From: a virus
Taxonomy: Duplodnaviria > Heunggongvirae > Uroviricota > Caudoviricetes
IMG/VR virus record: IMGVR_UViG_3300033074_000961
Strand: one strand, 5' to 3'
Length of the DNA stretch: 11,759 bases
The translations under genes and the position numbers were made by a program. Shown here one piece after another: positions 1-6,760 of the stretch. Numbering within the stretch: position 1 is the first letter of the stretch; every line of letters starts with the position of its first letter. The notes under the pieces are model-generated. The model was not told the DNA's origin, searched no databases, and worked only from the letters and a program-made list of their open reading frames with translations.

Positions 1-393
1 TGCTATGTTTATTTTATTTGGGCGTTCTTTATGTTTTGGGGGGTTGGGGTTTTTCTTACCTTTATTTTTATTTCTGTTGCCCACATGGTCATTTTTATTG
101 GGTTTGGGGTTAGAGGAGATGTCTTGACCGTGTTGTGGTTTCTTTTTTGGGGTTGGTTTATTGGAGGTACGGGAAGATATAAGTATTTGTTTACGGTCTT
201 CTTGAGCGGAGATTATATCTGGTGGTGGTGGTGATTGTTCGTTGTTATTATTTCCGTTACCGCCAGCGTTACCTTGTCCTTGTCCTTGACCCTGTCCTTG
301 GGAATTACCTTGGGAGTTATCTTGTCCTTGGGATGATGGTGGTGGGTTAGAGTTACCTTGACCTTGGGGAGATTTATCTTTGTCGTTTGCCAT
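1..393 (-). CDS. Hypothetical protein, truncated at the window edge; Q/G/N/P-rich low-complexity N-terminus followed by a basic K/N/P-rich segment
   Basis: Hand translation from ATG at 393 has no stop to base 1 (131 codons): MANDKDKSPQGQGNSNPPPSSQGQDNSQGNSQGQGQGQGQGNAGGNGNNNNEQSPPPPDIISAQEDRKQILISSRTSNKPTPKKKPQ... Absent from the ORF track because its stop is outside the window. TATTTATA lies 3 nt upstream. Confidence 0.75.
   Translation of the reverse strand, partial: MANDKDKSPQGQGNSNPPPSSQGQDNSQGNSQGQGQGQGQGNAGGNGNNNNEQSPPPPDIISAQEDRKQILISSRTSNKPTPKKKPQHGQDISSNPKPNKNDHVGNRNKNKGKKNPNPPKHKERPNKINIA
271..366. repeat. Coding short tandem repeats (Gln-Gly codons) within the 1-393 ORF
   Basis: Plus strand shows ccttgt/ccttg units repeated (accttgtccttgtccttgaccctgtccttg) and ttaccttg three times; these encode QGQGQGQGQG and SQG units on the minus strand. 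Confidence 0.7.
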
Positions 394-396
394 GAC

Positions 397-404
397 TATA
401 AATA
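397..404 (-). promoter_or_regulatory. TATTTATA motif, candidate phage late-type promoter element
   Basis: TATTTATA-gtc-ATG(393) on the coding strand; the same motif precedes the starts at 2443 and 3416. Confidence 0.5.
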
Positions 405-492
405 GGGTAATGATGGGGGGAAGAATGTGGTGATGTTTGGGGTAGTTTATTTATTCGATTTGTATGTTGATACGTTGATATGTATGAGTGTT

Positions 493-972
493 ATGAGAAA
501 GAAAGCAGTAACAAAATCCAAGAAGTCACCGCCCGTGAAGGTGCGGCGTTATGTGAAGAAATCTGTTAAGGCACCGAGGGAGAAGGTGGTACGTTCTCCT
601 GAGTGGTTGGAGGAGGAGAAGGTATTGAAGATGGAGGCATTTGGGGTGCTCTTAAAGAGTAGGATATTACTTTCGATCACCAGTGCTATATGTGATGCGA
701 TTGACGAGATGATTAAGCGTAAGGATTCGGGGAAGATGAGTTGGATGGAGCAGGAGAAGTGGTATGAGGATGCCGAGACCTTGAACAAGAAGATTATAGA
801 AACTGACAAGTTGCTTCGGGAGCTTGATAATACGTATGAGGATTTGCGTAAGCGTGTAAACAAGTTCTATGGGGAAGAGGTAATGAGATATAAGGCTCCG
901 TATGGTCGGATTCAGGATGAGTTAGAAGAGGAAGATAAAGCCGACTGGTGGAAGAGGGATAATGGGGAATGA
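493..972 (+). CDS. Hypothetical protein; basic N-terminus and charged, probably coiled-coil C-terminal half
   Basis: ORF track 427-972. ATG 493 (MRKKAVTKSKK...) is preferred because the upstream in-frame text looks like AT-rich intergenic sequence. Stop overlaps the next start (ATGA, 969-972). Confidence 0.7.
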   Translation: MRKKAVTKSKKSPPVKVRRYVKKSVKAPREKVVRSPEWLEEEKVLKMEAFGVLLKSRILLSITSAICDAIDEMIKRKDSGKMSWMEQEKWYEDAETLNKKIIETDKLLRELDNTYEDLRKRVNKFYGEEVMRYKAPYGRIQDELEEEDKADWWKRDNGE

Positions 973-1298
973 TTTGGTTATTGTCAGGTATTTTGATTGT
1001 ATTGGTTGCCATTTTGGTGGTATTCATTCTCTTTTTGATTCGTTCACCGAAGTCAAATCCCACTGAGAACAAGAGTCTGGACGAGATGGTTTCCATGATG
1101 CGAGAGGCAAGGGAAGAAGAACTTCAGGAGAAAAGGGATAAGGAAATGCTTGAATATGGGTTAAAGCATTCCAAGTTGCCAGAGCAAGTTATATCAAGCA
1201 ATCGTGAGGATGGACCTATTCGTGGTGGAGATGCTATCCCATACAATCTCAGTGAGACGGAGAAAGAGATACTTCGTCAATTTTACGGCAAAGGTTAA
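969..1298 (+). CDS. Hypothetical membrane-anchored protein (single N-terminal TM helix)
   Basis: MIWLLSGILIVLVAILVVFILFLI is a hydrophobic run followed by RSPK and a charged soluble tail; ATGA coupling to the upstream gene; convergent stop overlaps that of 1295-2443 (shared TTAA). Confidence 0.75.
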   Translation: MIWLLSGILIVLVAILVVFILFLIRSPKSNPTENKSLDEMVSMMREAREEELQEKRDKEMLEYGLKHSKLPEQVISSNREDGPIRGGDAIPYNLSETEKEILRQFYGKG

Positions 1299-2443
1299 GC
1301 AACCAGTGGGAGTGGGCGGTAGAAACTGAATGGTGATACTGGAACCCATAGTGTTGCGCTGGCAGTTGTTTGACTGAAGGCTGTTGCTGCATTCGTGGCA
1401 TTCAACAACAATCTTGTTCCTGTGGTTGGTTGTATTGGTTGAGTTGGTGGGGTAAAGCTTTGACTATACAATGCTCTTCCTACAACGTAATGGAAATTGG
1501 TTATACTTCCTGAGAAGAATGTAGCCGCTACATTATCTCCTTCACCGCCGATGACAAGTCGGGCACTTGAACTTAGGGAACTGGTGACATATTGTGGGTC
1601 AACGATGGTGCGGATAGGAGTACCGTTACGATAGATTCTTACATTAACGCCTTCTTCTCTTACTACTGCATAATGCTCCCATTGGTTTAGATAAGGTGCT
1701 CTCACCGAGGCAGAGTTTGTCGTAGCAGCGGTATTTCCTCGGGCATCCAACCACAGATAGAAGTTTGCGTTTGGTGCTGCATTTTCAATACTGACACCAA
1801 TCTCTGCGTTGGGCCACACGCCAAGAGTAAAGACACGCCCGAATGAGGTTTGGTATTGCATTAGTTGATACCATTCAACGGTAAAACTACCAGTACCTAT
1901 TACGAATCTCTCGTTATTATTGACGGATGGGAAGAAAAGGTATCTATCATTTGCACCGCCGAAGAGGTAGGAACCGCCAATAGGTACTCTTCCATCAGTG
2001 ATACGAGAATTGTGATTGATTACCAAACTGACACCGCTACCGCTAGTTGCGCCAACGTAATAGTATGCTCCATCGGTTACTGATTGTAGAAAAAGATATG
2101 GTTTGCCGGTATCACTAAATGGGGCAACGCTTTGAGAAACGACGAGTGTTGGACCAGCAGAGTCAATATACACTTGGTAGGGAAGACCATCATTTGCTTG
2201 GAGTAATTGGAAACCATAATCATTTGAATTCATGCCAACGGACTGACTTTCGGCAGGAATGGCGGTGATAAGATAAGAAAGTGATCCGCTAAGACCTGTG
2301 AGTTGGACAGAATACCATGCGCCTGTTTCGTCTTGCAACCAAGCAACTCCCACGGGGCATCCCGGTCCTACACCATCGTCTGTGCCACCGGGAACGTTGA
2401 CGATGAATTTCCTACCTTTATTGACGACGACTCTTTGCTTCAT
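1295..2443 (-). CDS. LamG/concanavalin A-like lectin domain protein, probably virion-associated or adhesin-like
   Basis: C-terminal half has the Laminin_G_3-type pattern GTGSFTVEW...WEHYAVVREEG..VRIYRNG...LVIGG...FSGSITNFHYVVGRALYSQSFTPPT..I......LLLN. N-terminal half has three degenerate LQ..DG..Y.V repeats. Virion role is inferred. Confidence 0.8.
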   Translation of the reverse strand: MKQRVVVNKGRKFIVNVPGGTDDGVGPGCPVGVAWLQDETGAWYSVQLTGLSGSLSYLITAIPAESQSVGMNSNDYGFQLLQANDGLPYQVYIDSAGPTLVVSQSVAPFSDTGKPYLFLQSVTDGAYYYVGATSGSGVSLVINHNSRITDGRVPIGGSYLFGGANDRYLFFPSVNNNERFVIGTGSFTVEWYQLMQYQTSFGRVFTLGVWPNAEIGVSIENAAPNANFYLWLDARGNTAATTNSASVRAPYLNQWEHYAVVREEGVNVRIYRNGTPIRTIVDPQYVTSSLSSSARLVIGGEGDNVAATFFSGSITNFHYVVGRALYSQSFTPPTQPIQPTTGTRLLLNATNAATAFSQTTASATLWVPVSPFSFYRPLPLVA

Positions 2444-2444
2444 A

Positions 2445-2462
2445 CAGGTATAAATATACCTG
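2445..2462. promoter_or_regulatory. Perfect 8-bp inverted repeat centred on a TATTTATA motif, ending 1 nt before the LamG gene ATG
   Basis: CAGGTATA-AA-TATACCTG on plus; on minus CAGGTATATTTATACCTG-T-ATG(2443). Confidence 0.65.
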
Positions 2463-2473
2463 CAAAGGGCAAA

Positions 2474-2734
2474 CTAGATGGAATAATCCTCTTCTATTGG
2501 CAGAGAAATATGCTCTGAAAGGTGGGGTTGAAGCTTTGCGGTATAGAAACTATCATTATGCAACCAACCATATTCCTTGAGGTCTCGGAAGAGTATCTTA
2601 CCGCAGAGGATGCAACGAATTTGAATATGAACAGGACCGAGTTTGTGATTCTTCCTCCAATCGGGGTCATCTTCCTCATGGAAAATTTCATCCCGATAGA
2701 TTATCACTTCCTTTCCAACCGCAGCTCTCGTCAT
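2474..2734 (-). CDS. Hypothetical protein with one CxxC (CILCGK); start uncertain, possibly the C-terminal part of a split gene
   Basis: ORF track, 86 aa with protein-like composition. The frame is open upstream to 2821 and overlaps the 2688-2831 ORF. Confidence 0.5.
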   Translation of the reverse strand: MTRAAVGKEVIIYRDEIFHEEDDPDWRKNHKLGPVHIQIRCILCGKILFRDLKEYGWLHNDSFYTAKLQPHLSEHISLPIEEDYSI

Positions 2735-2831
2735 CGCCGTACTGACCGCAGACTTGCTGCAACATACGGCCTTTGCACCAGTGCTCGCCGAGTCTGGTGT
2801 TACCGCATTTCGGGCATACTTTCACTTTCAT
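2688..2831 (-). CDS. Small Cys-rich, zinc-ribbon-like protein (47 aa)
   Basis: Hand translation: MKVKVCPKCGNTRLGEHWCKGRMLQQVCGQYGDDESCGWKGSDNLSG. The ATG lies 6 nt after the -10 box of the promoter at 2838-2865. Confidence 0.65.
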   Translation of the reverse strand: MKVKVCPKCGNTRLGEHWCKGRMLQQVCGQYGDDESCGWKGSDNLSG

Positions 2832-2837
2832 GGGGAC

Positions 2838-2865
2838 AGTCTATCACACTTCTATAAAAAGTCAA
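2838..2865 (-). promoter_or_regulatory. sigma70-like promoter TTGACT-N16-TAGACT with extended -10 TG
   Basis: TTGACTTTTTATAGAAGTGTGATAGACT; shares a spacer signature with 5249-5276 and 8845-8872; the -35 contains the TGA stop of the 2862-3416 gene. Confidence 0.7.
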
Positions 2866-3416
2866 GCTCTCTTGGCGACTTCTTTACAAAGCTCCACAAA
2901 CCGAGATTGAGATAGAGACCCTTTCATCCAGTTAATTTCTTTATGCACCCACTGTACGTTGCCTTCAATGTATCCTTCTGTAGAGTCAATGCGATCAACC
3001 GATGCTGTTCCGTCAAATGCTCCATAACGAGATTCAAATGTTAGTGGTAATTGAGTAAGAGCACATTGTTTGTGTTGTTGAAGAAACAAATCCCATAAGT
3101 ATTGAAGTGTAATCTCCACTGGAAGTTTTCTAGCCTTTGCTCCCGACTTGAGTTTGCTCCAAAAAGTTGCTGGAATATCGCCTACCCCCGCCCATTGCGA
3201 GTTGTTTTCACCTTTGATAGAAATACGACACTTATTACAGCATTGCTTTCGTCGGTACAAAATACTGTACAAGTTCGCTACAACTTCTTCACCGCAGTCG
3301 CATTTCCACCTACAATGAAGATTGTGTTGTTTATCTCGGTGTGATATGGCGATGAAAGTCAACCATCCATATTTCTTTCCACGAAGGAAGTCCTCGGTAT
3401 ATTTTGGTGTTCCCAT
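2862..3416 (-). CDS. Putative free-standing homing endonuclease (His-Me finger/HNH-like nuclease domain with N-terminal Cys-rich region)
   Basis: N-terminal GKKYGWLT...WKCDCG...CCNKC and C-terminal CALTQLPL...ASVDRIDSTEGYIEGNVQWVHKEINWMKG, a pattern typical of phage DRID-GY-N-N type His-Me endonucleases. Confidence 0.8.
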   Translation of the reverse strand: MGTPKYTEDFLRGKKYGWLTFIAISHRDKQHNLHCRWKCDCGEEVVANLYSILYRRKQCCNKCRISIKGENNSQWAGVGDIPATFWSKLKSGAKARKLPVEITLQYLWDLFLQQHKQCALTQLPLTFESRYGAFDGTASVDRIDSTEGYIEGNVQWVHKEINWMKGSLSQSRFVELCKEVAKRA

Positions 3417-3420
3417 ATTA

Positions 3421-3428
3421 CATAAATA
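3421..3428 (-). promoter_or_regulatory. TATTTATG motif, candidate late-type promoter element for the endonuclease gene
   Basis: ATATTTATG-taat-ATG(3416). Confidence 0.45.
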
Positions 3429-3436
3429 TACAGGAC

Positions 3437-3478
3437 ATTGGTAAAGTGATTATTTATATTTCTTACCACTTTACCAAT
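3437..3478. repeat. Perfect 12-bp inverted repeat with an 18-nt AT-rich spacer
   Basis: ATTGGTAAAGTG (3437-3448) and CACTTTACCAAT (3467-3478); the spacer contains TATTTATA on plus (TATAAATA on minus) at 3451-3458. No clear U-tract follows, so it is not called a terminator. Confidence 0.8.
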
Positions 3479-3484
3479 ATGATT

Positions 3485-3664
3485 TCACATCAAATCCTCA
3501 AAATGGTTTAGGTAATTCATTCGGTCTTCATACGCAACATCCTCGTGGAAGGCGTAGGGACAAAGTAGCACATAGATGGGAAGGAATACGAAGACAATAA
3601 ACATCATCTTCACAAACATTCCCACAAGGAACCAGACAACTCGGATGGTGTCCCAGATAATCAT
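3485..3664 (-). CDS. Small hypothetical membrane protein (59 aa) with acidic tail
   Basis: Hand translation: MIIWDTIRVVWFLVGMFVKMMFIVFVFLPIYVLLCPYAFHEDVAYEDRMNYLNHFEDLM. ATGA overlap with the methyltransferase stop (3661-3664); just under the ORF track size limit. Confidence 0.7.
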   Translation of the reverse strand: MIIWDTIRVVWFLVGMFVKMMFIVFVFLPIYVLLCPYAFHEDVAYEDRMNYLNHFEDLM

Positions 3665-4428
3665 TTCTTTCTCCGTAGAATAAGTTTAAGGTGTGTCGGG
3701 TCTTTGATTTCAATGCCCACGTCATCCCGCACCGTCTGTAGAAGGTAGGGAAGAACGTAGTGCTCATGGAAAATGATGTCATACTCCATCGGTATCTTGG
3801 CAAGCAATGCCTCTCGGGTCACAGGCATATAGTTCTCTCGCACTTCCCGTTCCCAATTGGGTTCGAGATAACGATACTTTAGGAGGAAGTGAATGAGTTG
3901 CTTGTTGTTCTCAATGCTGCCCCACACTCGCTCAAAGTCATCAAGTGCTTTCGTGCCAAGGAACTTATGATATACTTTCTTCACATCATTGACACAAGCA
4001 GCACGGTCAATCGCTCTCCCCGGCACCATATCACGAATGACAATGAATTCGAATCCAGTGCCAAATACTTGATTCCAGAAGGTATCAATATCTACTTTGC
4101 TCCCGTAATGACAAACTTCGTGGATTACCGAGGAAAGAACTAAAGCAGGATGCATTGCCCCGTATTCAGCAGTTTCAACAAGAGACCAATCAGAATGAAT
4201 TGGAAATTCGCACGTTGTTCCTGCCATTGTGGGATCAATATCATAACCTATCAAGTTGATTTTGGGTTTCAATGGACGAATTGCTTTAAGCAGTGCGCCA
4301 TTGGCACACCCAAAATCAACAATCAAGTCGGGGTCAATTTTATCCAAAAAGAACAACTTATCCATCATGGACAGTTCCATCCGTTCATTGTAAACATCGT
4401 ACTGAGCGATGGCGGGTGACTCATTCAT
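3661..4428 (-). CDS. Class I SAM-dependent methyltransferase, substrate unknown
   Basis: Motif I LIVDFGCANG, acidic motif II IGYDID, then VLSSVIHEV and IVIRD; no DPPY/NPPY or PC motif of DNA methyltransferases. Starts 4 nt after the dam stop. Confidence 0.8.
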   Translation of the reverse strand: MNESPAIAQYDVYNERMELSMMDKLFFLDKIDPDLIVDFGCANGALLKAIRPLKPKINLIGYDIDPTMAGTTCEFPIHSDWSLVETAEYGAMHPALVLSSVIHEVCHYGSKVDIDTFWNQVFGTGFEFIVIRDMVPGRAIDRAACVNDVKKVYHKFLGTKALDDFERVWGSIENNKQLIHFLLKYRYLEPNWEREVRENYMPVTREALLAKIPMEYDIIFHEHYVLPYLLQTVRDDVGIEIKDPTHLKLILRRKK

Positions 4429-4432
4429 AGCG

Positions 4433-5239
4433 TTAAAATACTGCGAGGACTTCTTTTACCTTTTCCCGTTTCTCTCCCTTACAACTGATATTGCGTTGCA
4501 CCGAGATAGTGTGGATGCTCGCACCCACATACAACCTACGCACTTCGGGAGTGTCGTGATTGGATATGAAAGTCACAGCACCCTTGAGAGCAGCTTCACG
4601 AGCACAAGTTGCCAAATCCTTTTGGTCTTGCATTGTGAACCCACCCGTGGAGTAGGCAGTAAAATGAGCGGTCTTGGACAATGGAACGTACGGAGGGTCG
4701 CAATAAATCACGTCACCCTTCCTCACGTCTTCAAATACTTTACGGAAGTCGCCACAGCTAATCACCATCTTCTGGGCAAGCACCGAAGATGCTTCCAACT
4801 CTTTTCTTGGGAAGCCGGGGGGTTTGGTCTTGTGCCCAAAAGGTACATTGAACTCTCCATCCTTGTTATATCGGCAGAGTCCATTGTATCCATGCTTATT
4901 CAGATACAAAAAGAGAGCGGCAGTCTCCCACGTATTCGGATAGACTTGGAGATTGTTATTAAATCGTTCACGGAGACTGTAGTAGGTCGCTTCCACATTG
5001 TTCTTGGCAGTGAAGAACGTTTCGGCATATTCAATGAACTCGGGAGAGCGAACACATTGCCACAGGGCAACGAGAGTAGGATTGAAGTCATTCGCTCGGT
5101 ATTCGGGGTAGTCCACATTCAAGGATACTGCCCCACTTCCAAGGAACGGCTCAATGAATCGTTTGCCCTTGGGGAAGTGTCGCTTGAACTCTTCCACAAG
5201 TTTGAACTTGCCGCCAGCCCATTTGAGAAATGGTTTCAT
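4433..5239 (-). CDS. dam: D12-class N6-adenine DNA methyltransferase (Dam family)
   Basis: KPFLKWAGGK, FIEPFLGSGAV, NDFN, LFLYLNKHGYNGLCRYNKDGEFNVPFG, VIYCDPPY, FTAYS and ISNHD. ATG 5239 (MKPFLKW) is preferred over GTG 5260, which lies inside the promoter. Confidence 0.93.
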   Translation of the reverse strand: MKPFLKWAGGKFKLVEEFKRHFPKGKRFIEPFLGSGAVSLNVDYPEYRANDFNPTLVALWQCVRSPEFIEYAETFFTAKNNVEATYYSLRERFNNNLQVYPNTWETAALFLYLNKHGYNGLCRYNKDGEFNVPFGHKTKPPGFPRKELEASSVLAQKMVISCGDFRKVFEDVRKGDVIYCDPPYVPLSKTAHFTAYSTGGFTMQDQKDLATCAREAALKGAVTFISNHDTPEVRRLYVGASIHTISVQRNISCKGEKREKVKEVLAVF

Positions 5240-5248
5240 CGTGCGCCT

Positions 5249-5276
5249 ACTATAGCACACGGATATAAAAAGTCAA
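5249..5276 (-). promoter_or_regulatory. sigma70-like promoter TTGACT-N16-TATAGT for the dam operon
   Basis: TTGACTTTTTATATCCGTGTGCTATAGT, 9 nt before ATG 5239; the -35 contains the TGA stop of the 5273-5677 gene. Confidence 0.75.
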
Positions 5277-5677
5277 GAAGAGAATTGGTCGCCAAGTTTG
5301 GAGACCATTTTGGCAAATTGCTCGTAGGTCGCATTGTTGGTTTTGCCATTCTTCTCCATGTCTTCAATCTGCTTGCGGCGTTCGGCAGGAAGGTCGTTGA
5401 GGATTTTGATGCGAGCACGGACGTAGGGATTCTTGGACATTGCGGCGAGTGCATTTTCCAATACTTTTGGGTCAGACTTGGTTTTGGAGGGCAAAGGTAT
5501 AATCTTTCCTTTACTCAGTTCTGCTTCTACGAGTTCTTCACCTTCCTTCATCAGAACACGTAGTAAGTCTTCGGGGGTCTTGGCAGCAAGTTCGGCAGGA
5601 GTACATTTAAGGTTCTGATACCCTCTTTCCTTTAGAGATGCAAAATACTTATTCTCCGATGCTTCATTCTTCGCCAT
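5273..5677 (-). CDS. Hypothetical protein (134 aa, charged, helical)
   Basis: ORF track 5273-5737 uses a TTG start; ATG 5677 (MAKNEASENKYF...) is preferred because the upstream part is occupied by the 5664-5798 ORF. Confidence 0.7.
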   Translation of the reverse strand: MAKNEASENKYFASLKERGYQNLKCTPAELAAKTPEDLLRVLMKEGEELVEAELSKGKIIPLPSKTKSDPKVLENALAAMSKNPYVRARIKILNDLPAERRKQIEDMEKNGKTNNATYEQFAKMVSKLGDQFSS

Positions 5678-5798
5678 ATACTGCCTTCTTGAATTTGTCG
5701 TACCGCTTATATCCCCGCCCCTTGACAGGACGTTCAATTCGTGTCGGGGGAGGACACGGTTTGCGAATGGAACGATAAACTGCCAATTGCGTTTTCAT
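5664..5798 (-). CDS. Small basic Pro-rich protein (44 aa)
   Basis: Hand translation: MKTQLAVYRSIRKPCPPPTRIERPVKGRGYKRYDKFKKAVYGEE. The ATG is 7 nt after the -10 at 5806-5811; an in-frame ATG at 5804 also exists. Confidence 0.65.
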   Translation of the reverse strand: MKTQLAVYRSIRKPCPPPTRIERPVKGRGYKRYDKFKKAVYGEE

Positions 5799-5805
5799 AG
5801 ACATA

Positions 5806-5834
5806 ACTATGCCATGAAACGCAGAAAATGTCAA
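5806..5834 (-). promoter_or_regulatory. sigma70-like promoter TTGACA-N17-CATAGT
   Basis: TTGACATTTTCTGCGTTTCATGGCATAGT with TG before the -10; the -35 contains the TGA stop of the Rnl2-type gene. Confidence 0.55.
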
Positions 5835-6754
5835 GACGGTATTTTTGACTTCAAATATGTCTTGTAAAGCTCCACGGCTTTCTTACCGATTGCTTTCGCC
5901 ACGGTTTCAGACCACACGATTTCGCCCCGCCCTTCTCGGCGAACATCCTCTTGCATTGCTACAATGATGTCTCGCATCTTTTCCATGCAGTGTCCCGGCA
6001 GTTTGTCAAGGACATGCTCAAGGCGCATCGGCGTAACCCATTCATCTGCCACAGCATTTGCATCAGAAAGCACTTGCATCTGATTCGGGTCAACGACTTT
6101 TCTCGGTGTGGCAGTCTCACGGAAGTTGTCGCCCTTATGCTTGGCAATGATTCTATCACCATTGGCACGAGTACATTCAACCAATGGACGGAGGACCACG
6201 CCTTCACGAGGCTTCGGACCAGTGATACCATTGCGGACGGATTGAACGCTTGGGGCATCACGCTCGGCATCCACAAAGGTCAAGTCAGTTTCCACTTTGC
6301 CATCAACTGCTTTCACAATAGAGCACTTGACCCACGGGACGTATTCAAGTCCCAATTCCTCAACAAACTTCTGTCCGTTGGGCACGTCCAGCCACGTATC
6401 GCCAATTTGTACATCAAAGGCAATGAACTTGAGACGAGGACCATAGATGTCGCTCATACCTTGCTGATTGCCGCCATATGCTTCACCATAGATGGTGTAA
6501 TGTCGGTCAGCCAAAGGATTTTGTTCAAGGAATCGCTTCATCAAGTCGTGGTCATCAAAGAGGGCGATGAAGTTATTATACTTCTCACCACCCGAGAAGA
6601 ACGTCACTTGCCATTGCGAGGGATTGCTCGGATTGGTCTTGAATGTAATGTGTGCGGACGTGCCGTGGATTTTCTCCAAGGCATACACTTCCCGAAACAG
6701 AAAGATAGTTTGTGCCTCGGGCTTGTATAGGTTGTCAATATGTAAGTATCCCAT
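5831..6754 (-). CDS. RNA ligase, Rnl2-like family
   Basis: Nucleotidyltransferase motifs I ALEKIHGTS (KxHG variant), III IYGEAYG, IIIa FIAFDV, IV REGVVLRP and V IIAKHK, plus a C-terminal EWVTPMRLEHVLDK helical domain resembling the Rnl2 C-domain. Confidence 0.85.
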   Translation of the reverse strand: MGYLHIDNLYKPEAQTIFLFREVYALEKIHGTSAHITFKTNPSNPSQWQVTFFSGGEKYNNFIALFDDHDLMKRFLEQNPLADRHYTIYGEAYGGNQQGMSDIYGPRLKFIAFDVQIGDTWLDVPNGQKFVEELGLEYVPWVKCSIVKAVDGKVETDLTFVDAERDAPSVQSVRNGITGPKPREGVVLRPLVECTRANGDRIIAKHKGDNFRETATPRKVVDPNQMQVLSDANAVADEWVTPMRLEHVLDKLPGHCMEKMRDIIVAMQEDVRREGRGEIVWSETVAKAIGKKAVELYKTYLKSKIPS

Positions 6755-6760
6755 AATCGT

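Noticed and set aside
31-234. 67-aa hydrophobic plus-strand ORF that looks like a membrane protein
   Set aside because: It is the antisense reading of the K/N/P/Q-rich minus-strand ORF; the F/W/G/V richness follows from the G+T skew.
2494-2691. 65-aa minus-strand ORF whose ATG overlaps the 2688 stop (ATGA)
   Set aside because: It competes with the more protein-like 2474-2734 frame and has no recognisable features; the overlap may be chance, though it cannot be fully excluded.
3528-3803. 91-aa minus-strand ORF from the track
   Set aside because: It overlaps the methyltransferase out of frame; the hand-read 3485-3664 ORF explains the gap better (ATGA coupling, clear TM segment).
4409-5563. 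384-aa plus-strand ORF antisense to dam and the 5273-5677 gene
   Set aside because: It is exactly in codon register with both minus-strand genes, as expected when TTA/CTA/TCA codons are rare; no motif or promoter supports it.
5951-6730. 259-aa plus-strand ORF antisense to the Rnl2-like ligase
   Set aside because: In-register shadow ORF. The same applies to 3889-4143, 4150-4419, 8008-8262 and 8533-8823.
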